A stretch of 63,885 bases of DNA, the filler included, from Bipalium vagum (lineage: Eukaryota): the NCBI GenBank assembly GCA_037834085.1. It is 3 parts of 3 records of this genome, joined end to end, with 100 filler letters (N's around TTAATTAATTAA, not from the genome) between each part and the next. Parts side by side here need not be neighbours in the genome. Positions count along the whole stretch, not along the records: positions 1 to 25,401 come from JBBMKC010194608.1; 2 more parts are not named here. One strand, given 5' to 3'. The translations under genes and the position numbers were made by a program. Below, piece after piece: positions 1 to 13,482 of this stretch. Numbering within the stretch: position 1 is the stretch's first letter; each line of letters begins with the position of its first letter. Under the pieces are notes generated by a model that did no database searches, was not told the origin of the DNA, and saw only the letters and a program-made list of their open reading frames with translations.

Positions 1-72
1 TTTGTATTGGGGTCGCGTTCAATTAGTCCCTTCAAAATGGGGTCGCGATTCAAAAAAGTTTGAGAACCACTG
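1..72. mobile_element. Terminal part of a hAT (Charlie-like) non-autonomous element/MITE, cut by the window edge
   Basis: Ends in AAAAAGTTTGAGAACCACTG (reverse complement CAGTGGTTCTCAAAC, a typical hAT-Charlie TIR) and carries two GGGGTCGCG subterminal motifs. The same terminus recurs at 13471-13482. Confidence 0.7.
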
Positions 73-1059
73 TTTTAAATGAAGAATCGGATCTCATTCG
101 ATATAACTGCAGCATTTTGATTTTGTTTTAAATGATTAATTTAATCAAAAATAATATTAATTTTTACCTTTACTCTTGTAACTATATAATATTTTAAATA
201 AATTTAACGAAAGTGGTCGATATTAAGGTCACTATACACCAATAAAATGCTTCGTTAATTAAAAAAATCACTCTATAAGTCTGGATTCTACAAACAATTC
301 TTTACATAACAAACAAGTTAAAATAATGGTTAATAAATTTAGTTTTGATTAACAAAGACTTATATAAAGCAATATAAATATGAGGTAATTCGGTTTCACA
401 TGATCAATATTCATAAATCAGAACGTTCAAAAAGGTTTGTCTTTTTGCAAATACACTAAAAAATATTGAGGTTTTTAAATAAAAATCTATATATTTAGAG
501 ATATGAGCACTCAATAGTTAAAATTATACTTTTGTATTTTTCCACAATTTATAATATCAATGTAATAATATTGGATAATATTTTATATAATTTTTTTAAA
601 ATAATCTTTTAAAACTTCAGTGATATATCAAGATATGAACATCGAAAAAATGCATTTGTGATATATCATACTTTATGATTTTCTGTAAGACATGAACGTT
701 AATTAATCAAAAATTGTTTTGTTTAATTTTAGTCTTTAAATTTTTATTAAATACCAACCAGAATTTTTACAATAATATTATATTTGCAAATCATCATGAT
801 TTCGTTATTTGTGGTGTTCATCTCTTAGGAGTAAAATTTAAATTTTAACGAATACTATTCAATATTTTTGTTATTACTTTAGGTTAAAACCAACTTTTGG
901 GTGCCACTTATTTTAATTATCAATATTAGAAAAAAATATTAAAAATTTATCAAAAATAAGATATTAATCGAAGTCTTATAAATATTTATTTATATGAAAG
1001 ATAAAGGAAGCAAAACAATCATTACAGTATAATTTTTATAATTCACATCATTCAGATAC

Positions 1060-1850
1060 TTTTCAATATTATTTATATAATAAATACCTTCATTCGTGGT
1101 TAATACCCTTTTTAGAACGCTCCAAAATGCCTCAATGTTTTATTTTTTTTTCTTTATTGAATGGATTCACAAAATTGATTTAGTGATTTACCATAATTTA
1201 TGAAACTCATATTGGCCAAATTCTGAAACACTTTCCAGCTTTCATTTATAGTTATAGATGTAGGTAAAATTCGTTTATTTATTATTGAGATTAAATTCTT
1301 TCGATTTCTCCACTCAAAAAATTCTATTAAAAATTTTGTTTGTTCAATCCTTTGACTTCAGTAAAAATTTATTGTTGATCACGTAATTCTCAACCTTTCA
1401 ATATTTATTTTTTACGAACAAGGATTCATCAATCTCTATGATGATATCTGAGCCACCAATTTGGTAATCAGCGTCAATAAAATAAAAAGGCATACCAGAT
1501 CACGGAATTAGTGGTGCCATTTGGTTATAATAGAATAAGAAATTAGAGGCTATTTCAGTTTCTCAGAAATATCCTTCTTTGTCATTCCGGTGCAAATTAG
1601 GTACATATTATGACCTTTTTTTTCCATTCTTCAGGCCATTGATAATTGTTGAAATTCTGTAACATTTCGATTTTTGAATAAAGCATTGATCCAGCTAAAT
1701 TAAACGATTAAAACAATGATATAATGGCAATTATTTTGTAAGATTTTTTATTTAGAAAATTACGCAAATTCTACTCGCGCACTCTGTGTATTCACAATAT
1801 TGTTTTTGTTAAAATAACCCAAAGTGTAACACTATACAAAGAGTTTTATC
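1060..1850 (-). mobile_element. Degenerate Merlin (IS1016/ISXO2-like DDE) transposase remnant
   Basis: Manual minus-strand translation gives, in order: ITKWHH*FRDLVC, QIGGSDIIIEIDESLFVKK, RILPTSITINESWKVF, VNH*INFVNP, NIEAFWSVLKR. These match Merlin motifs (DWFNFCREVC, IGG..VEIDES, ILPGSII.SD.W, VNH..NFVDP, NIE..W...K). Stops and frameshifts present; boundaries approximate. Confidence 0.8.
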
Positions 1851-2384
1851 GAAAAATAAAGCCCATGATTAATGTATTGCATTTATTTTGTAGGTAGTTG
1901 TAAGGTGTATTTTTTTCATTTAAAGGTCATCCCAAGTTTTTAGTCAACTTTATCTATACCTAACAAAAATTATTAAACAGTTATCATCTGTTGATATAAG
2001 ACAGATGATAAAGTACATTAATAAACACCAATCAAGGCTTAAAATACAATAAAAAGTTAGAAATAAGATAATTTTCTTCTGATGAATATCGTTCTTATCT
2101 AGGGAGTTGACTTAATTCATAACAGAATTCACTTCGCCCATTAATAGTGTTTGATATGTTAAAATGTATGTAAAATATGGATAAAAAAATAATAATCTCA
2201 TCAAATTACGAATAGAGAAATTTAAAATAAGAAGAAACTGTTTTGTTATTAAAATCAAAAATGTTCAATATATGTTCCGTATAGAACCAAATAATAAGTC
2301 TTTAATAAATGTTAAAATTAAAAATTCTTTATTAAATTAATAATTATATTATAATGTTTTCTTAAATAGTCCTAATTAAAAGAT

Positions 2385-2820
2385 GAAGTTGAAAAATGTT
2401 CCAAAAAATCTTGATAAAAAGGAATAAGAAAGGACAATCCAAGTAAACATATTTGTGCTCATTTTTTTGGGAAAATCTATAGTATAGTTTTTGTCAAAAC
2501 AATAAATCGAATTTGGATTGATATTGATTTTGATCCTGATATCGCACCATCGGACTATCATTTATTTCGATCCTTGCAAAACTCCTTGGTCGATAAAACC
2601 TTCACCACAGAATCCAGCATCAAATTGCACTTGGAGAATTTCTTAGATATAAAAGACAAACAATTCTTCAAAAGTGGAATTATGGCATTATCTGATAGAT
2701 GGCAACAAATTATTGTGCAGAATGGTGCTTATATTTGTTTATAAAAATATATTTTTCTGTAAAGAAGTAGTCTTTGTTTTTCTAATAAAAAAACGCACGA
2801 ACTTTCCGGACAACCCAATA
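2385..2820 (+). mobile_element. mariner transposon 3' remnant with right TIR
   Basis: DIAPSDYHLFRSLQNSL...GIMALSDRWQQIIVQNGAY*, followed by a TIR-like end GCACGAACTTTCCGGACAACCCAATA. Confidence 0.85.
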
Positions 2821-3269
2821 GCATCAAATTTTAAAAAGTAATTTATGAGTTAAAAAAATATTTTTGAATGAAGAATAAAGACAAACTGAAATAAAAATCT
2901 ATTTAAAGATGAAATGCTTTTAAGAGATCTTTGAAAATTGATAAATACTCAAGGTTAAATTTTGATTAATTCAAACATCAACTAATATAAAAATATATTA
3001 GTTTTTTCTTTAAATTATTTTCAAAACTGTTGAGATTAAATTTAAAAATTAAAAGAAAAAGCTAAATTGAGTGCAAATACCAAACAGGACCACTAGAAAC
3101 GTGATTTGTGTTAGTTATTATTTTATTAATAGTTGAAATAGCATAAAATACTTTTGTACTAGATAGTTATTGGTTGAGAAAAAAGTCAACGTATTTTAAA
3201 GAAAAATTCAAAGTCAATTTTTTATTATTATTAAAAATATTTTATTCAACAATATATGCAACATTTAAA

Positions 3270-3560
3270 TTATCAAATTTTTGCCAACTGTCAGGTAATT
3301 TGAAAATCCCATCCTTTCAGAATTTCTCTGGGCGTAGATCAATAAGCTCTTCTAGTTACTTTTGATAGTTCTCTAAGGAACCAAATTTTCCAAAGATCTT
3401 TTGCGCTGGACATTATATAAAAGCCATGTTTCATTGCCCGTAATAATTCTTTTGAGAAATGGACTTTCCAGATTTCGCTTGAGCCATGAATTTCATATTG
3501 ATATTTGATCAATTAATTTTTTTTACTTGTGTGGGATTCAAATATCGTAAAGAGTTTGAG
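3270..3560 (-). mobile_element. Internally deleted mariner remnant
   Basis: Minus strand: KRNLESPFLKRIITGNETWLLYNVQRKRS (TGDEKW region), followed within about 100 nt by PEKF*KDGIFKLPDSWQK (C-terminus). Confidence 0.7.
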
Positions 3561-6500
3561 ATACTATTATAGTACTTATAATTCACGCGTTTCGTAACAT
3601 GGGTTTACCTTAATCAAACCATCGATATATTCACACTCTGTCAACAATGGTCCCACTTTCTGTTCACAATCTTCACCGACTTTTAAAACAAGTTCCAACA
3701 TACGTGTTTCCTCAATGCACTTTCTCATAAATTTTACAAATTTTCTTTTTGGTCGAAAATAACATAACACCAAGCAACGAGAATGTTGATTATTCTCTTC
3801 CAGATTTCTTCCATAATTTCAAATAATAATAATTTTTGAAAAAAAAGTTGGCTATTTTGAGTATTAAAACAAATATATAATGTTCTAAATAATAATTTAG
3901 ACTTAATATTTTTCTTATTTAAGTCAGAAGAAAATAACGAAAACATTTTTACTCAATCCAATATATTTTCTTTGCTTTCCATTTTGTTTATTTAAAATTA
4001 ATTTTTCTTTCATAAATTAAGAGTTAAACTCAAATATTATCCATAACTTTTACAAAAAGTAATTTTAGTTGTTAATATCAATCGGTTTATAATCAAAATT
4101 ACAAGTAATCTCCAGGTCCGATTAGCCTTCTCATATTATTAAAGGGATTTTTCTTTTTGTTTTAATGTCAAGTTAAATTTTTATTGAAAATACAACAAGA
4201 CTCATATTATAAATCTATTTCACTTTTCAAAAAATTCAGTACTTTAGAATTTCTAAATATTTTTATTAAAACATTAATTTAATAATAAAATTAAATATTA
4301 CACTAAACGTTATAATTATTAATAATTAAATTAGTAATTTAAAACACATTTATTTAAACAGAAATATTTAAAAATAATTAATTAATATTTATTTGTCTTT
4401 TAAACAATTAAATTCAAATAAAAAGTTAATTTAATTTTAAAAAAATATTTTTCAAGATTTTCATTGGTAAATAATTTTGCCCAATCTGAAAATGATTTTC
4501 ACAAATTGTCATCATTGTTTCATGTTGATATTCCGACTTTTATTTTAAAAAATCGACAGTTTTGTTGGTAAAACTCACTTGTTCTTTTGGGAAAATAATT
4601 AAAGTTTGTGAGTATTTTAATATATTCAAAAAATATTTATAAATTTAAATCGAGGTCATTTGATTATAACATACTACTGATAATATTGTATAAATAATAA
4701 CAATATATAATTTTATATGAATATTTTGTTTTGTTTTATTTTGGTTTTATGTAAAATTAAACAATTAATTAAAAAAAAATATTATATATTTATATTATTA
4801 TTTATATATCCAAATAAATTCTTATAAATAGATTGTAAATTTTATAATATAATTATATTAATTATATATTATATTTTATCAATTATATATATATCCATTT
4901 TTGTCAATATATAGAAAATAACAATTAGTTCATTTATATATAAAAATCAATAAGAATTCAATAAAATAGTTTAATGATAAAAACAAATATTATTTTTCTA
5001 ATATTTTTTTTGAAAATATAAATAAAAATAAAACATAAATAAAATATCGCATATGAAACATTTAATTTCCTGCATAGTAGACTTTATTTATAAACATATT
5101 AATGTCTGAAAATTGACTTTTATAATTATTAAAGTGTAATAAAACTACAAATAATTTTTCTTTAATAAGCTTATTTAAAAAAAAAGAAATTCTTATTAAA
5201 TATCAATTAGACTTAAATATAAGACACTTAGAATATTTTCATTTAAATTGTTTAAGCGTGTTTGAAAAGCATTATTTTAATAAGTTTATTTAAATAATTA
5301 TTTAATTTTAATAACTTGTCCTAGAGCGATTTCCTCTTAAATAATTTGATATATAAAATCGTTCTTTTGAATTACAACTTATATTTCTTAACATTACTTA
5401 TGTATAATTGAATAAAATTTTTCTTCACTGAATATATACAGCTTGATTATTTTTGTGAAATATTTTAATAAAAATAAAAATTGGAAAAATAGTATAAAAT
5501 AAATTATATATTTTTATTTTATTTTATTATTATTTTTATTTTTATAATTTTTTTATTATTTAATTGAAAAATTTAAAATGTATAGAAACTATATTATTTC
5601 TTATTTATAATTTAACATATTTTTATCATAGTTATAATTTTTAAATTCAAAATATTATATATTTTTAAATTATTTAATTAAAAATTTAATAAGTTAAGCT
5701 TGATATTATTATTATTTTATTTTATTTTAAATAAATAAATAAAATTATTATTTCAATTTATTTATTTATTTATTGACAATTCTTATATTAATAGAGTGGC
5801 ATGAAACGAATAGATTGTTGGTATCAATCAATCATTAAGTTTTTTATTAAAATAAATTTTAATGCACCAGTGTTATAATTTTTATTTTATAATTTACTTG
5901 TGGATTTAAGTTTAATATCCAATAATACTACTAGAATTACTCTTCATTCCGAAATTTCCCAAGAAGAAGATAGGGTTCCATCATTTATTTTCTTAGAATA
6001 TCCTAATTTTAATGCATATGTATTTTGAAACCACCACGTCGTATATAAAGGTGAAATGTGAATAAAGAAAGCTTTAACAAGTTGAGACCATTCTTAGAAA
6101 TATCTCTAAGGTAAATTAAGTGAGTTATCGCGCAGATATTAGTTTACAACAGAAAACATAAAGATAAAAAATAATGTAAACAAAATTTGTAAAATTTGAA
6201 AATTAATTCTGTAACAGAAAAGAGCTTGCGGTCACAATATCTTTCTATAGTATTGTGGGATCGTATGCCGTTGAAAAATCTAAATTAAAAAGGAAAATAA
6301 TAAAAATTGTTTTTGTTCTTACATCGCAAATAGTACAGAAGAATTTCTTTAATTATACATCTATTAAAACAAAATTTTCCTTTACTTTTACGGAAAAGTA
6401 GTGAGATTGTTGCTCGGTGAATTTGTAGAAATTTTCAAAGAAGGTATAAGGAAATGAAAAGGAAATTATACCACCGGAAGTGGAAATCTTTCTTAAAAAC

Positions 6501-7149
6501 AAGTGCTATTGTCCAAAAGAATATTAACAATATATAATCCTGGACATCTTTAGCTATTGCTTCAAAGAAACGTTTGAACTTTTCTCCCACAAATTCATAT
6601 TTCACCATCAAGAAAGTATTGCTGATTTTTTTGAAGTCAACTAAAATTTATTTTCGCAACAAACAATACACAGTTAACCAATTCTGTATCGACAATCACT
6701 GTGATAACATTCCGCCACGTGTACCATCCTTAAAGAAATTGTTTCGATTCATTGCATTCATGTTGATTCCATGATTGTCGTTTACTTTATCAATCTTTTT
6801 ATCTAATGTGTTATTATATATTTATTTATATTTGATCCGTGAATATTTTTAATTTTATGAACTATATTGGGTATTTTCTAATGCCCAATACCACACTGTC
6901 CAACTTTAAAATGTTTCCGACGAATCTGAGACACTTGAGTTTCTAAATCAGGTTTATATTAATTAGAGAAAACAATTAATAAATTATAATATTTATATTT
7001 GTCTTTTACAGACTTGTGTGTCAATTAAATAAAATAACGTATTTTGACAATCTAATCCATTTCAGAATTTTTTTCGAAGAAATACATTTCTTAAAATACA
7101 AATAAAATATTAGCATTGTCATCTAAGAAATTCTGTAATAAAATTGATA

Positions 7150-7310
7150 ATGCTTATTCCAACGTTTAAATCAAATAAGAACAAGCTTTTACCTATCAGA
7201 CAAACATGAGAAATGCTATTGGACAATTCTTTGAATCCAAAACAAAGATTTCTTTAAATCAGGAATTTATGCACTATCAAAGAACTGACAGAAGTCTATC
7301 CATTTTCATC
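7150..7310 (+). mobile_element. Short mariner C-terminal remnant
   Basis: IGQFFESK..DFFKSGIYALSKN*QK resembles the mariner C-terminal FF.SK...F...GI..L..RWQK motif. Confidence 0.5.
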
Positions 7311-8551
7311 AGCCTAATACTATATCCGCAAATCATTTAAATCTCTTTAATTCATTGATAAAATATGAGATCAATAAACCGAATATATAAAAAATCGAAT
7401 TTCCAATTTAATGACAAAATTTTTTTAAAAAATATTTCCAATAATAATTTTATTATTAAAATAATCATCTTTTAATTAAATTAAGATTAATACCAGGTTG
7501 AAATAACATTTGATAAAATCTGAAAACAAGGAAGTCGAAGAGAATTATGACAAAATATAAATCAATTATTTAAACAAATAATATTATCTATGTAATATTT
7601 TAGAAAATGAAAATAAAATAATGCAAAATGTATTGGATAACTATGTTATTAAGATTGATAAAAAAGATAATAATAGACCTCATTTTATAATTTTTCACAA
7701 TTATTTGGATTATGTCTTTCATTATATCTGCAAACAAAAATTTTATAGAAAAGATTATTTCCAATTCATCATATGATGCTGAAAGATAGGACTAATTGTT
7801 GTACATTCATTTTAAAATAATTACCTTGTAAAATTGATTAAAGAAAAATTTTAATTTTTTTAATTAATAATAATGACAATAATATTAATAATAATAATCC
7901 AAATCGTGAAATATTGTGAAATATAAAAAAATATTTAATTTCTTTTTATTTTAAAATAAAAGAGAAAGGTTCAGGAAATATTTTTCATTATTTCAACATA
8001 TTGAACCAAAATAAATAAATAAATAAATAAAGTTATTTTTAGATTTCTCCAAATTTTAAAATTGAAATACTAATCAAATTAAAATAAATTAACTTAAATT
8101 TAATTAACTCAGTGGAAATTAACACATCAGGAGTGTATATTCAATTTGATTGTTAAATCTCTTATAGATGCAAATATTTTATTAAAATGGAAAAGTTAGT
8201 AGAAAAGAAATAATTATTTTAATTCTGGAGAGTATTCAAAGATTAAGAGCTCTGACTTGTATCCTCATTAACTTAATTCATTTTATTTATGTTGCCCGCC
8301 TCGTGCTGAACTCTGCTATCATAGAGAAACAGAATTCTGGTCAAAATAGTCTCAAACTTTTCGTAATCATTCTGGAATTCATTATTCAACATTGCCTTAT
8401 ATATGTATACAGAGTTCACTGTTGAGTACTGGACTTTCTAATTTTCAAATATTAATTAATTATTAAGAAAAGATGAATATCTACAGAATTTAGCTGGCTG
8501 AAAAAATTCATAAGAAAATTTATTTTTGAAAAAAAATCAAATATTTAAATA

Positions 8552-8806
8552 NNNNNNNNNNNNNNNNNNNNNNNNNNNNNNNNNNNNNNNNNNNNNNNNN
8601 NNNNNNNNNNNNNNNNNNNNNNNNNNNNNNNNNNNNNNNNNNNNNNNNNNNNNNNNNNNNNNNNNNNNNNNNNNNNNNNNNNNNNNNNNNNNNNNNNNNN
8701 NNNNNNNNNNNNNNNNNNNNNNNNNNNNNNNNNNNNNNNNNNNNNNNNNNNNNNNNNNNNNNNNNNNNNNNNNNNNNNNNNNNNNNNNNNNNNNNNNNNN
8801 NNNNNN
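8552..8806. other. Assembly gap (255 N)
   Basis: Run of N. Confidence 0.99.
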
Positions 8807-10090
8807 TTATTTCAAAGAGCAAAGAGTGATATTGGTCATTATTATTATTTAAATTTACGGAAAAAATTCCGACAGTTTCACTAAAAACCGGTTTTCAGAT
8901 GCTTCAGGGGTAACAATTAGTATAGAAAATGGTCGGTAAAAATAGAATGAAGAAAAAGTTTATTGTCGTAAGACCATCTAATGTGATGGTCAAAAATTAT
9001 ATTTGTCTTAAAATGATTTTCATTGGTCAAGTTAAGATTTAGCAACACTGCAAAGGATAAAAGGGTTTTTATTATTCTAAATAAAATTTTTTCATTCTTT
9101 ATTTAAAGAAATCTAAAAAAATTAGATAAAAATTTTTTCTGACTATTCTAAAACTTTAAATGTTTATTAAAATCAATTAAAAATAGATTGAAAATAAATT
9201 TATGAAAAAATAAATCGATTAATTTAATTTTAATGTAAAATTATAATTGCTATTAATTGATCATTAATAAAAAATAGATAAATTATTATTTTTTCTCATT
9301 TTTTGTTCATTGAAAAAAATTGATTGAAATTGAAGTTAATTTTTAATAAAAAGTTAATGAAAATTTAAGATGAATAAAACCAGTTTGAATCGATTTTTTA
9401 AAGAAAAATATTTTGACCATAAATTAATTATTCGTGACCAAGTTAATCCTTTCTTTGATTTTAAAATGCCCAGACATTAACGCTTACCGATAAAATATCT
9501 ATGGTAACCACTCGTGAAAGAAAATAAAATACTACAAATCAAAAACTGAGTACCTTTCTATGTTTAGAATTTAATTTGAATTCTTATCCATGAAATGATC
9601 ACTCGACAATGACAATTTTTCTATTTTTTACAAGTCATGTATACTGCTTTAATGTAAAGGGGAGATTATAGAAGATCACACGATTTCTTCGATTTTATGG
9701 TGATGTCTTTCCAAACAGAGAAATGATTTCCTTTCAAACCACTTGTTTTGATAGATACATTTTGTTTTAATTTTCATTTGTTTAACTGTTTCAGTATATC
9801 AACCGCAGTTAACGATAGATTGTTTCTGGACTTAAAATTATAATTTAAAACAAACGGTAAATGCGATTGACATGAAATCAAAATACATCCGTGTTTTTAA
9901 TACCGAAAGTCATTGGCATTGTTTTTCACATTATATCACTTTTACTAGGCCCAAGAATCGCGTGTTATATTGGACGATATCAAAATAGTAAGGGTTCAAA
10001 ATAGAAAATAAACTGAGATAATCGAAATGAATAACAGAAAGAGTTGACCGAAGTGGACAATCAAAAAAATATTTCGGAATATTAGCTTAC

Positions 10091-10273
10091 TTGAGATTTC
10101 TCTAATGATGCCGTTTGTCTATCACACATCGGACTGAATTCCAAATTTTTCTCTCTTTCCTTGTCTCCCTGGAGATAGAACTCCTCCATCACGCGATTAG
10201 TCCAATTTTGATATATGTGCAAAGGTTTTGTTGGATTGCTTAAGTCAGCACAGTGAATCAGATTCTGTAAAAT
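10091..10273 (-). CDS. PDE4: cAMP-specific phosphodiesterase 4 (dunce-like), internal catalytic-domain exon
   Basis: 183-nt phase-0 exon bounded by tttccAG and GTaagc. Encodes [61 protein letters not shown], with the PDE4 signatures [19 protein letters not shown] and EKSQ (invariant Gln). Confidence 0.96.
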
Positions 10274-10389
10274 CTGGAAAATAAACAACATTATTATCCA
10301 GGTGATCAATGTATCCATTTTCATGAAAGACTGTGTTGAAAATGATGACTTTAATAATATTCGGTTGTCAGGAAAATAATATTTTAAAA

Positions 10390-11040
10390 ACAGAGATGAT
10401 ATTCAGAGTGACATTGCATGGACCCAGAGAAACGGAATTAATTATGGCGCAATATGGTAAAGATCAATGATAACTATTAAAATACTGGGACGCAAATTGA
10501 AATGTTTACAGGATGTCGGATCACGTTTAAATTTAGTGAACCGTCAAATCATCAAACTTTTAGGTACAGTGAAAATACAAAAATATATGGATAAAATAAT
10601 GGATGTGATCTGGAAAACCAATAGTTGGTGGACATATCGATGAGGCAAACAAATCGATAATATTCAGTAGTGTAGAGGAAGTATTTCTGAACTTACTGGA
10701 ATCCCAGATATATCATATCGCAGATAAATTTGTAGGATCACAAGAGATGAAGGAAGTTTACATAGAGCAGTAACGACATTACATTTTAGACCGTAAATCC
10801 CCGCATTAGTCCAGTCGTTGACAGAAGAGAATTTTGAAAGACTAGGGAAGTTTTGTGAGGAATTTATTGGTTCTTAGACAATTCTCATCATGACATTGGT
10901 GTTCAGTAGTTCAAGAATGACTATGGAAAAAATTTTCTGGAAAATAGATTGGCAGAAGAGGAACTATTGATTGGCCACCAAGGTCACCGGTGGAGATTTT
11001 TGTGTGGGGGCATATTAATTATGAAGAAAGTTAATTGCGT
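10390..11040 (+). mobile_element. Highly degenerate Tc1/mariner (DD41D/rosa- or maT-like) transposase remnant
   Basis: Near 10930-11020 it reads F.GK*IGRRGTIDWPPRSP..(D)FFVWG, matching the WIGR.G...WPPRSPDL.P.DFFLWG motif. Boundaries approximate. Confidence 0.6.
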
Positions 11041-11894
11041 GAAATGTAAATGACACATCTTTTAAATATCATTCATTTTTATCAAAAACAACAATTAACA
11101 AAAATCAATTAATACAACCGTTTCCATCTATTTTAAAAAGTTTTTAAAAACAATTTTATTTTTAATAAAATCAGATTAAACAATAATAATAGATTTTGAA
11201 TAGAAAACAAATAGAAGCATGATTTTTCTAATTAATTATTAATTAATTAATTCATTATAATTTTAATTGGATAAATTATTAAAAATTTCCTATTTGTACA
11301 ATTTTGAAAAAAAGTCTAGGTATAATTTAGTAAAAATATAATGAAATATTTTGTTCAGTTAGTTAGAAACCCCTTGAGAAATATCTGAAAAGATTAACTT
11401 AGATTAATGTATATATTTATAAATAAAGATATTAAAAATAAATAAATGTTTATATTTGATTTCAGCATTTCAGAAAGGTAATTATCATTCAAAACGTGAC
11501 TTCTTAGGATTTTGTCTTTCAAGACACAAGGCAATTATGAGTTTTTCCTAATCTTGTATATATTCAAGTCTTAACGGATTTTGATTAGGATTTTACAACG
11601 GTGGGACGGTTTGGATAAAATCTCGTCTCAGATTTTGGTAAAATATGCCTTAAAAATGAAATAAAAAAAATATTTTTCTTCTTTTTTTCTGTGTATTCAT
11701 AAAGTAATAAAATCTGAAAAGCATAATTAACAAAGTCCAATAAAATATAAATAAAATAATTATAATTTAAGGATTTAGAGACAAGGAAATATATGAGATA
11801 TATTTCTTATATACGAGAGATAGTTAGAAGATTCGTGTCATGAAAAAACATTTTTTTTATAATTTAATTGAATAATTGATTTAATTAAATCCAT

Positions 11895-12480
11895 ACAGAA
11901 TGGGCCAATGAAGACGATCTGATTTAAAAAGAAAACCTGGTAATTTGAGCACCTCTAAATTTTGTTTATATAAATAAAATATTGACTTTTTTTCTTAAAA
12001 CCTTTATAATTCTGACATCTCTATATTTTGGGCAAAATTTTCGATCCCGTTGGTGCCCAACATTGACAGATTTCACTATAACTATTTTTAAAATTGTTTA
12101 AATGTTCTAATTTTTTGTAGATTTTAGATAAATATCAGAAAATTTATAATGCACAATTTGCAAAGTGAAGCAACGTGTAGACACAATTGAATTTTTTTAT
12201 TCCTCGCAACAATCAGTTATTCAAACTCACAGAAAATATTGTCAGCATTTTGGAATTAAAACAAATTCCTGGTCGTCCATGATTAGAAATTTAATTATGC
12301 GTTTTCAGGAAACAAGATCTGTAGAAAATCTTGACAGAGTTTTCTCGCAGATAACCGTACATTTGCCAAACGCTGTGGGTTGTTCGACAGAGTGTTAGGA
12401 GAAAAAAGATGTATTTCTACGCAAAGTTGTGTTGATATCAAAATCATCAGAAGATTAATCAACATTTGTGGAGGATGAAC
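11895..12480 (+). mobile_element. 5' remnant of a DD41D/rosa-like Tc1/mariner element (DUF4817-type HTH)
   Basis: ORF 12165-12398 (KQRVDTIEFFYSSQQSVIQTHRKYCQHFG...SMIRNLIMRFQETRSVEN) resembles the N-terminal HTH of these transposases. A TA+CAG.. TIR-like start lies near 11895. Confidence 0.65.
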
Positions 12481-13159
12481 CGAGGATAAGAACATTGAAA
12501 AAAATCATTCCTTGATTGTTAAAAACTGATAAACATCACTTGAGTTCAATAAAGTAATTTATTTAGCAAGAGATAATTATTCTAATTTTCTGTAGTGTTT
12601 TTACAAAAAACTTTACTCGTGATGATGGGTAACAGTTGTAAAATATTTTTATAGCAGTTTCGCAAGTTAATGTTATGTATGTAGTAAGCTTTTGTTTTTA
12701 CAATTTTGTCTTTATTTACATATAAACCACGAAAGATACAATATTTAAAAAATTTAGGTTTCGTTTACAATGACTTTAGTGTATCTTTGAGGAAGTTGAA
12801 GAATTCTGCAACGAAAAAAAACTACTTCTTTGATATCATATAAGTGAACTGTTTTTCAATAACTTTGAAAGATTTCCAAGTAGATGAGTGTAAAAATGGT
12901 ATCAGAAATAACACAGATAGATGAATAATATACAAAAGAGCACCATGTGTCATCATAGCTATTATATTATGTCCTGAACTCTGTGAAATGTGACTGAACA
13001 TTGTCATGAATTCAAACTAATAAACAAACATTCAAGCACCTTGAATTGTCCTAAACTTTGATAGTAGACATCATATATGACTAAGACAGATTATCTGATC
13101 TTGATACAATTACTCTTTAATCGTTTGAGCAGGTTTCAAAAGTGAATCTCTATCTACAT

Positions 13160-13482
13160 CAGTGCTTGTCAATATTTCCTCTATCGTGACCAATTTTCTC
13201 ATTTTTAAGATCTTGGCAACCCCAAAGAAAACCAATATTAATAAAACCAAGTCATAACTCACCATGTTTAATAAAACGAATCTATAATAATAAGATTACC
13301 TATAAAAAACTAAATTGTAGTAATTAAGGTACAGAAGTAGTTTAATCAGCATCAAAAACTTTTTAACAGCATCATAAAACAGTATTTTGTACATGTAAAG
13401 AATTGTACAGCTGCCATAATTCGGCGACCCTTTTAAAAATGCTTACCCATTCGAGGTCTCGATCCCAAGGTGAGAACCACTG
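13160..13482. mobile_element. hAT-Charlie-like MITE (~320 bp)
   Basis: Imperfect TIRs CAGTGCTTGTCAA...TGAGAACCACTG and a subterminal GCGACCC motif. Flanking 8-mers ATCTACAT / CTTTAGAT both resemble the Charlie NTCTAGAN target-site duplication. Confidence 0.7.

Noticed and set aside
6300-6570. Possible piggyBac C-terminal Cys-rich remnant (YCPK...CF)
   Set aside because: Too degraded; no catalytic motifs or TTAA-flanked TIR found.
8520-8852. 100-aa and 108-aa ORFs
   Set aside because: Artefacts of translating through the N gap.
10274-10324. N-terminal '[17 protein letters not shown]' of the 80-aa ORF as a signal peptide
   Set aside because: This is intron sequence upstream of the splice acceptor of the PDE4 exon.
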